A stretch of 64,000 bases of DNA from Saprospiraceae bacterium. Lineage in GTDB: Bacteria > Bacteroidota > Bacteroidia > Chitinophagales > Saprospiraceae. Each line of letters starts with the position of its first letter. Position 1 is the stretch's first letter. The stretch lies in the NCBI GenBank assembly GCA_026986005.1, contig JALSPK010000003.1:300-64299 (forward strand), given 5' to 3'. The notes beneath the pieces were generated by a model. That model saw nothing but the letters and a program-made list of their open reading frames with translations, did not search any database and had not been told where the DNA came from. Shown piece after piece: positions 48,601 through 55,131 of the stretch. The position numbers and the translations under genes were made by a program.

Positions 48601-50374
48601 TTCTACAGATTTAATATGGTCATATAAAGTAAACATAGACAATTCACCAACGGATGTGGTAGAAGGCACTACCGATGAATTTAATATTGTCTTATCAAAA
48701 GGTACACACAAAATAACCTGGTACGTTGAAGATAATTGTGGAAATATTGGACAATGCTCTAAAGTCTTTACAGTTACTGATGAGAAAGCACCCACTCCAC
48801 AATGTATAGATGGCTTAGTTACAGTAGTATTGCCCGAAAGTGGAAATATTACTATACATGCGGCTGACTTCAACAGACACAGTACTGATGACTGTACAAG
48901 GAGCAATTATGGGTCTTGTGGTTGTTTGACAGATTTGTCATTCTCGTTCTCAAGCAATAGATTTGAAAGAGACTTGACTTTAACGTGCGCAAATATTGCT
49001 AATGGCATCATAGATACGATTCCTTTAACTATATGGGTTTGGGATGAGTCTCACAACGGTGATTTTTGCAATACATATATAGTATTACAAGATAATAATG
49101 ATGCATGTGAAGATGTTCTTCCTGTATACGACACTACTTTTTATAATCTAGCAGGAATTGTACAAAAGCCAAATGAATCTCCTATGGAAGATATCAAGGT
49201 TCTTTTGACAAATGAAAATCCTGAATACAGCGCTGAAGTCAATACTAATGAAAATGGTGAATTTGTATTTGATCATCTTGCAGATAATTTGAACTTCAAC
49301 TTGAAGGCTGAAAGAAATGGAGATTATCTAAACGGTGTTTCTACTTTGGATATCGTATACATACAAAAACATTTATTGGGAATTAAAAAATTCGATAAAC
49401 CATATAAGTACATCTCTGCTGATATCAATAAATCAAATAGCATTACAGCTTCTGATATTTTAGAGCTTAGAAAACTGATTCTTGGAAAAATAAACAAGTT
49501 TTCTAAAGCAGATTCTTGGGTATTTATAGATAAAGATCAAAAATTTGAGAATAACAACCGACCTTTTGACTATAAAAGTATAGTTAACCTTGGTCTATTA
49601 AATGAAAATACAAATAAAAATTTAATTGCAATAAAAGTCGGTGATATTAATCAGTCAGCAATAACAGGTGGTGAATTGGCTTCCAGAAGCAAAAATAAAA
49701 TAGCGTTATTGACAAATAACATATCCTACAAGCAAGGTAACGCTGTCGAAATAGAATTTGCGGTTGTTGATGATTTGTCAACTATTGGAACACAGTTTAC
49801 ATTTGAATTTGATCCGGATAAGTTATCTTTTAACAATATTGAGAGTGAATACTTCAAAACATCTGATCAAAACATAAACAAATCCAAAGTAGGTGAAGGT
49901 TTATTGATGGTTTCTTTTGACGAATCAATTGCCAAAGAAATAGAGAAAGACAATAATTTATTTACAATAAGCTTTACAGCAAAAGAAAATGGTGTATTGA
50001 GCAATTCAATAAAGATTAGTTCAAAAATCACTAAAGCGGAAATTTACACAGTGGAAAACAATGATTTTGTAGAGAATGAATTGAATTTAGAGTACAGAAA
50101 TGCAGACATTTATTCTTTCAAGGTATTCCAAAATATTCCAAATCCATTTAATTCAAAAACAGTAATTGGATTCGAATTACCACAAGAAGAAACTGTATCG
50201 CTTGAAGTATATGACATGACAGGAAAGGTGCTTTATCAAATCAATAAAGATTTTGACAAAGGGTACAACGAAATTAAACTGACAAATGATCTTCTCAATG
50301 TTACAGGACTACTGTACTACAAACTTGAAGCAGGAGAATATTCAGCAATTAGAAAAATGATTTTAATAAAATAG
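45626..50374 (+). CDS. Giant T9SS type A cargo protein with Cys-rich HYR/Ig-like repeats, a dockerin-like module and a cohesin-like module (paralog A)
   Basis: 1582 aa. Signal/anchor FITVFAIIIMAINLSAQ and recurrent ..D.CGN.. repeat ends. Dockerin-like pair LDIVYIQKHLLG / ADINKSNSITASDILELRKLILG (about nt 49331-49500). Cohesin-like AVEIEFAVVDDLSTIGTQFTFEFDPDKLSF. The C-terminus QNIPNPFNSKTVIGF...GLLYYKLEAGEYSAIRKMILIK matches the type A CTD. Confidence 0.9.
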   Translation: MKLNFKLMREPLQDARRRLSRVYKKPFITVFAIIIMAINLSAQVPSGTIVEDCTCMSNQTYCGDGQFATLLRITNGGVGNTWYIALDSIRGLYSTTSAAPPAPPTDFVTGPAGETLTNTAGETYELNAIHEDSLGFWVKLTDGTDTIELEIAAGHCVYPRTKIVGDHFVCEGQVSDYSTHTNVGSSYLWTLTNDGAHGGTMTTANNINPITISWDDNSDNKFHKLQLQETDANGCIVSDSILVQIEDTITMACNHDVQISLDANCAGALTADMFLEGQLYEDSSYQIIIEDSNGNLVDQDTLSKDMVNKVYTITVQHKCSGNMCWSYMLVLDKSAPELNCHADTIKCSESIKPEDLTDGFPLLYYTSIQKTSNPFKYIAKGTSGCSDMTLIYSDEVVEESCSSDFTSTIYRTWRVNDASFNSSVCIDTIKIERTGLSDINYPTNWDGLPGNNPFIQACSYYPKDANGNPDPSKTGAPSGPFCGNLMVNYSDKRLYLCDDIGGQSYKVLRNWTVMDMCTGDGFDTLQIIAIMDTKKPIISIGGLTNGNTFVVNTEYYNCGANVELPVAKVKDCSIQDIHEYTVGYQLADADGNYPDPTFPYTTLHKTGGKFILPNIPYRFARVKYTATDPCGNTKERIIYVKVIDNLPPQAVCDKHTAVTLSDLGIAYLSKYSFDDGSFDNCSEVTLEVRRMTGVCNHDDLSWGEGVHFCCVDSGQDSVAVELKVTDSRGYTNSCMAWVIVSDNQKPQITCPSNGTVSCKFDYSDLSVFGTVRNSEDDVEKIYVNDPENGGNHHYFGKDGFATDNCDVTAKMVYKRVSINDCGVGTIIRRFQATDSYGNKSNTCTQTIKVIDFQPFDANNIHDLRWPTDYSFNGCLGDNILPDNLPESHGWPKILGDDHCSQIAMDYDDLIFEHIEGMCYKIIRTWRVVDWCVYNQNLPYQPDGYWEHVQTIMITDDNNPTVTDGCTPIDITPLGNCQYRYHFKANGDDNCTSSTDLIWSYKVNIDNSPTDVVEGTTDEFNIVLSKGTHKITWYVEDNCGNIGQCSKVFTVTDEKAPTPQCIDGLVTVVLPESGNITIHAADFNRHSTDDCTRSNYGSCGCLTDLSFSFSSNRFERDLTLTCANIANGIIDTIPLTIWVWDESHNGDFCNTYIVLQDNNDACEDVLPVYDTTFYNLAGIVQKPNESPMEDIKVLLTNENPEYSAEVNTNENGEFVFDHLADNLNFNLKAERNGDYLNGVSTLDIVYIQKHLLGIKKFDKPYKYISADINKSNSITASDILELRKLILGKINKFSKADSWVFIDKDQKFENNNRPFDYKSIVNLGLLNENTNKNLIAIKVGDINQSAITGGELASRSKNKIALLTNNISYKQGNAVEIEFAVVDDLSTIGTQFTFEFDPDKLSFNNIESEYFKTSDQNINKSKVGEGLLMVSFDESIAKEIEKDNNLFTISFTAKENGVLSNSIKISSKITKAEIYTVENNDFVENELNLEYRNADIYSFKVFQNIPNPFNSKTVIGFELPQEETVSLEVYDMTGKVLYQINKDFDKGYNEIKLTNDLLNVTGLLYYKLEAGEYSAIRKMILIK

Positions 50375-50457
50375 AACCGATTTATAAGGAGTGTTAGCTT
50401 ATCACAAGCTAGCGCTCCTAAATCCCAATCTATTAAAATAAAATAAAATTATAAAAA

Positions 50458-53400
50458 ATGAAAAATTATTTACAAAACATAAGCAAAGTGTTTAAATCTA
50501 CACTTACTTTAATAGTATTCTCTCTGTTTGCTATTTCAATGCAAGCACAGTGTGATACTAAAATTTCCGATGCTGAAAACGATGGCAAGGATTATGTGTG
50601 CGCAGAGTCGACTACAGATTATCAAGCTATAAGATCAGCGGTAACCGGAAGCACAATCTCTTGGACATTGTGCGGCGGCGGTACTATTTTAAATACTACT
50701 GATGACAATACGACATCAAGTGTATCCATACAATGGGATAGCCTACCGGGAACAGGACCTTACTGTCTAAAGATGACTGAGACTAATGCAGGTTGTACTA
50801 ATACAGAGATTTTGGATATTTATATTGAAAAGTCGAATTTGGTTATGGCTTGCAACACGCTGGTATTGGTAGCATTGGACAATAATTGTAGAGATACAAT
50901 TGGAGCAGATCAAATTATTGAAGCTCCATTATATCCTGATCCAAGTTATGACGTAACAGTATTTAATACAAATAATACAATTAGACCTGAACCAATAGTT
51001 AACATGCAAGATTTGGGTGATACATTGATGGTGGTAGTAACCCACAGATGTTCCGGACTATCGTGCATGGGTAGAATTGCATTTCAAGACAATCTAGCTA
51101 CTATGTTATCCTGTAGAGCAGACACTATCAAGATAGAATGCGATGAAAGCATTGACCCTGAAAATACCAATGTCGGTTTTCCGCTAGTTGCTGGTTCAAC
51201 CGTTCATAAAATTGATAATAGAAGATATAGTGCAACTATTCCGGGTGATTGTGGTGGTGAATTTACCTTAGTTTATTCAGACAATGTTATTGACCAAGTC
51301 TGTGGGGTAAATGATTACCAGTACATAATCGAAAGAACCTGGACTGCAATAGATGCATCTGGAAATGGGTGGTCTTGTACTGAATTGATCGCACAAAAGT
51401 GGGGTGATTTCGATAGTATGACTTTACCACCTCACTACGATGGAATGAATGGAAGATTGTTCTTCCAATGCAATGATAATCACCCAAATGCTAATGAATC
51501 TATCTATTGGCCATATAAAGATTCAATTCCAACACCTGAAATTACTGGGTATCCTCAATATGCTTCATGTAGCAATATACAATTTCTATATGAGGACTTA
51601 ACTATTCCTGGTTGTGGTTATAACAGAAAAGTTTTGAGACATTGGATAATTCTAGATTGGTGTACAGGTAGGGATAAACAATATGATCAAGTATTATCTT
51701 TTATTGATGATACTCCTCCTATTTTTCACTTACCTCCAAATACAGCTGAATACAATGCTGATCCTGAAAGGTGCTTTGGTACAGCTTATCCTTTACCTGA
51801 ACCAATAGTGGACTGGGAATGTTCTGAATATACATGGGAAGTCATCGGCTATAGCTTTACTAGTACTGGTTTATGCGGACCAACACACTCTACCACAGAT
51901 GGATTATATGAAGATAGTAATGGCAATTGGGGAATACACAATCTTCCCGTTGATACGGTAGTATGTGTATCTTATAAAGTAACCGATGCGTGCGGTTTAT
52001 TCGAATATGGAAATATAAAAGTCGTAATAAGAGACAACCAAAAACCAACAGCTGCATGTGATGCTCATACGGTAGTGACCGTTGGTGTAAATGCAAAACT
52101 CTATGCTACTTCATTGGACAATCACAGCTGGGACAATTGCGGAATAAAAAAGCTTGAAATCAAAAGACTCACTAATAAGTGTGGAAATTCACACGATTTG
52201 CAATACGGAGAATCCGTAGATATGTGCTGCAATGATGTCGGCCATGATGTTGTTGTAAAACTAAAAGTTTACGATATTCATGGATTGACAAGTGAATGTA
52301 CAGGAATAGTACATGTACAAGATAAAGAAAAACCTGTTTTGACTTATTGTCCACCTAATTTCACAATTGACTGTGAGCAAAGCTATACAAATTTCTTTCC
52401 TGGAGGGAAACCTACAGCAACTGATAACTGTTCAATGCTTCCTCCTACTAAAACAGATAGTCCTAATTTGAATAATTGCGGTTTTGGAACGATAAGAAGG
52501 ACATGGGTACTTAAAGATAAAGCAGGATTGGAAACAATACATAAATGTGTTCAAATAATCACTGTAATCGATAAACATCCTTTGACATTTTCAGATATTC
52601 ACTGGCCTACTAACAAGACATTGAGTGGATGTTGGCCAGATGTTGATTATAGTGAAAGTGTTACAGGAATACCAACAATAGATAATACTACATGTAAAAG
52701 CTTGGGAATTGCACACACGGATAAGATTATACATAATCCCATTAATTCCAATTCCTGTGTTGTTATAGAAAGGACTTTTACTATAGGAGATTGGTGTAAT
52801 CCTAATGCAGATTATATCACATATAAACAGTTTATTTATATCAATGACGGAGGAGATCCATATTTTACTCTTTGTACACCGGATACGACAATATCAAGTG
52901 GTACAGCATGCTCAGCAAACGTAACTTTAAAAGCAAAAGCCGAAGATGATTGCACTCCTGATAATGCACTTAAATATACTTACGAAATTGATCTTGACAA
53001 TGACGGAACTATTGATTATACAGGTACTGGTAACATAATAAACCGCACCTTTGATAGCGGTAGACACAAGATAGTATTTACTGTAACAGATGGGTGTGAT
53101 AATTCGGTAACTTGTACACGATATGTAAGAGTCAAAGACACTAAACCTCCTACCCCTTTGTGTTTAAGAAAAATCACAACAACCCTAGGAGTGGATGGAA
53201 CTACAACCGTTAATGCAAAAATATTTAACCATGGTAGTATTGATAATTGTACACCAAATAACTATGGAACTTGTGGTTGTGGTACAGATTTAAGATTTTC
53301 TTTCTCTGAAAATGTTAATGATAAGACTAGAACCTACACTTGTGACAGTCTGGATAACGGAGTAGGTAAGAAATTTGATTTAGATGTATGGGTAACAGAT

Positions 53401-54720
53401 CTAGATGGAAATAAAGATTTCTGCAAAGTGATACTTAACATCATGGATAGTCAAAATGCTTGTCCGGACGCACTAAATCCATTAGTAATGGTCAAAGGTA
53501 CCATTATGGATGATAAGCTAAACGGAATAGAAGGCTTCAAAGTTAATGGCTTGACATTGAATCAAGTTGTTGAGGATGTTGCAGAAACCAATGTAGACGG
53601 ACAGTATTATCTTGAAAATTTAGGCGCATACAATAAATATCAAGTAGCTCCTGACAAAAACGATAATGTTTTGGATGGTCTTACTACTTTGGATATCGTT
53701 CTTATACAAAAGCACTTGCTAGGTATAAAGAAATTTGACGATCCTTATAAGTATATAGCTGCCGATGCCAATGACTCTAAGTCAGTGACGGCAAGTGATA
53801 TATTACAATTGAGAAAGTTAATATTGGGAAGAATGAATGAATTACCATCAAAAAAATCATGGAAATTCATCACAGCAAAGACTGAATTTGACAATCCGAC
53901 ACATCCTTGGAACTTTGAAGAAAAGTATATTACAGACAGCCTATTCTTTGAACAAGATAGCTTTGACTTTATCGCAATAAAAATTGGAGATATCAATCAC
54001 TCTTCCGATGCATACAGTTCTAGTACTGTAATTGAATCAAGATCAGAAGATAAGTTTTTAAGTACTTTAAACACTTCTTTTGAAACATCAGATTTAGTAC
54101 CTGTGGAACTTAAAGCAGAGGATATTGATATGGTTTCAGGTTTCCAATTTACTCTTGAGTATGACCAAAGCAAATTGAAATTTGTAAATATTGAGAATGG
54201 AATTATTGATTTACAATACAACAATTACAATGTAATAAATGAAAATGGCATTATAACTTTTAGTTGGAATCGAGCAAATCCTTTTAATTTGGCACAGGCG
54301 AGTAAATTATTTACAATTAATTTTATGGCAAAGTCAAATGGCTTGCTTAGTGAAAGCATAAGAATATCATCAAAAATAACCAAATCGGAAATATATTCAG
54401 ACGGACTTGATGTTTCTGAGTTGGAATTAAGGTTTGATGGTAATTCCCTCGAAAACGACGAAATATTTATTAGCCAAAACATACCGAATCCATTTTCAAA
54501 TAATACAGAAGTTATTATAAATCTACCTCAAGAAACTGATTTAGATTTCAGAATAATGGATTCAACCGGAAGAATTTTAAAAAGCACACACAGGCATTAC
54601 TCAAAAGGACAAAACTCAATCACAATTTCAGGTACAGAACTAGGAAAACCGGGATTGTACTTCTATGAAATAACAACAAAAAAATCATCAACCATTAAAA
54701 GAATGGTTTATATAAAATAA
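50458..54720 (+). CDS. Giant T9SS type A cargo protein with HYR/Ig-like repeats, a dockerin-like module and a cohesin-like module (paralog B)
   Basis: 1420 aa, collinear with paralog A. Signal peptide LIVFSLFAISMQAQ. Dockerin-like LDIVLIQKHLLG / ADANDSKSVTASDILQLRKLILG (about nt 53671-53840). Cohesin-like VELKAEDIDMVSGFQFTLEYDQSKLKF. The C-terminus QNIPNPFSNNTEVIINL...GLYFYEITTKKSSTIKRMVYIK matches the type A CTD. Confidence 0.9.
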   Translation: MKNYLQNISKVFKSTLTLIVFSLFAISMQAQCDTKISDAENDGKDYVCAESTTDYQAIRSAVTGSTISWTLCGGGTILNTTDDNTTSSVSIQWDSLPGTGPYCLKMTETNAGCTNTEILDIYIEKSNLVMACNTLVLVALDNNCRDTIGADQIIEAPLYPDPSYDVTVFNTNNTIRPEPIVNMQDLGDTLMVVVTHRCSGLSCMGRIAFQDNLATMLSCRADTIKIECDESIDPENTNVGFPLVAGSTVHKIDNRRYSATIPGDCGGEFTLVYSDNVIDQVCGVNDYQYIIERTWTAIDASGNGWSCTELIAQKWGDFDSMTLPPHYDGMNGRLFFQCNDNHPNANESIYWPYKDSIPTPEITGYPQYASCSNIQFLYEDLTIPGCGYNRKVLRHWIILDWCTGRDKQYDQVLSFIDDTPPIFHLPPNTAEYNADPERCFGTAYPLPEPIVDWECSEYTWEVIGYSFTSTGLCGPTHSTTDGLYEDSNGNWGIHNLPVDTVVCVSYKVTDACGLFEYGNIKVVIRDNQKPTAACDAHTVVTVGVNAKLYATSLDNHSWDNCGIKKLEIKRLTNKCGNSHDLQYGESVDMCCNDVGHDVVVKLKVYDIHGLTSECTGIVHVQDKEKPVLTYCPPNFTIDCEQSYTNFFPGGKPTATDNCSMLPPTKTDSPNLNNCGFGTIRRTWVLKDKAGLETIHKCVQIITVIDKHPLTFSDIHWPTNKTLSGCWPDVDYSESVTGIPTIDNTTCKSLGIAHTDKIIHNPINSNSCVVIERTFTIGDWCNPNADYITYKQFIYINDGGDPYFTLCTPDTTISSGTACSANVTLKAKAEDDCTPDNALKYTYEIDLDNDGTIDYTGTGNIINRTFDSGRHKIVFTVTDGCDNSVTCTRYVRVKDTKPPTPLCLRKITTTLGVDGTTTVNAKIFNHGSIDNCTPNNYGTCGCGTDLRFSFSENVNDKTRTYTCDSLDNGVGKKFDLDVWVTDLDGNKDFCKVILNIMDSQNACPDALNPLVMVKGTIMDDKLNGIEGFKVNGLTLNQVVEDVAETNVDGQYYLENLGAYNKYQVAPDKNDNVLDGLTTLDIVLIQKHLLGIKKFDDPYKYIAADANDSKSVTASDILQLRKLILGRMNELPSKKSWKFITAKTEFDNPTHPWNFEEKYITDSLFFEQDSFDFIAIKIGDINHSSDAYSSSTVIESRSEDKFLSTLNTSFETSDLVPVELKAEDIDMVSGFQFTLEYDQSKLKFVNIENGIIDLQYNNYNVINENGIITFSWNRANPFNLAQASKLFTINFMAKSNGLLSESIRISSKITKSEIYSDGLDVSELELRFDGNSLENDEIFISQNIPNPFSNNTEVIINLPQETDLDFRIMDSTGRILKSTHRHYSKGQNSITISGTELGKPGLYFYEITTKKSSTIKRMVYIK

Positions 54721-54747
54721 CAGCATCTTAATTTCATAGGTATTTAG

Positions 54748-54777
54748 AGCCGGGTAATTTGATTATCCGGCTTTTTG
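54748..54777 (+). terminator. Rho-independent terminator after paralog B
   Basis: agccgg-gtaatttgattat-ccggct followed by ttttt. Confidence 0.7.
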
Positions 54778-54779
54778 TT

Positions 54780-54787
54780 TATATTTG
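54780..54787 (+). promoter_or_regulatory. -7 promoter box TATATTTG for the cupin operon
   Basis: Fits TAnnTTTG, 16 nt upstream of the ATG at 54803 and directly after the terminator. Confidence 0.45.
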
Positions 54788-54802
54788 TTATAATTTTTAA
54801 CA

Positions 54803-55120
54803 ATGGATATAAAAAACATATACGATAATACAATTAAGGGTAAAGAATTTGAAGTAATTGAAGAATTATTTTCAACAAAAAGCTTTAGACTGGAAAGAAT
54901 CAAATCTTTTGGTCACATCACTCCTGTAAACCAATGGTACAATCAGGAAACAGATGAATGGGTATTATTATTGAGGGGTCAGGCCAAACTTTTATTTAAA
55001 AATAACAATAAAACAGTTTCATTAAATTCAGGTGATTATTTGCTTATTCATAAAGGAACTGTACACCGGGTTGATTTTACAAGTAAAGATGCATTGTGGT
55101 TATGTATTCACTTTAAGTAA
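54803..55120 (+). CDS. Small cupin domain protein
   Basis: 105 aa. Single cupin barrel pattern (WYNQETDEWVLLLRGQAKL...GDYLLIHKGTVHRV). Confidence 0.8.
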   Translation: MDIKNIYDNTIKGKEFEVIEELFSTKSFRLERIKSFGHITPVNQWYNQETDEWVLLLRGQAKLLFKNNNKTVSLNSGDYLLIHKGTVHRVDFTSKDALWLCIHFK

Positions 55121-55131
55121 ACTAACAAACT

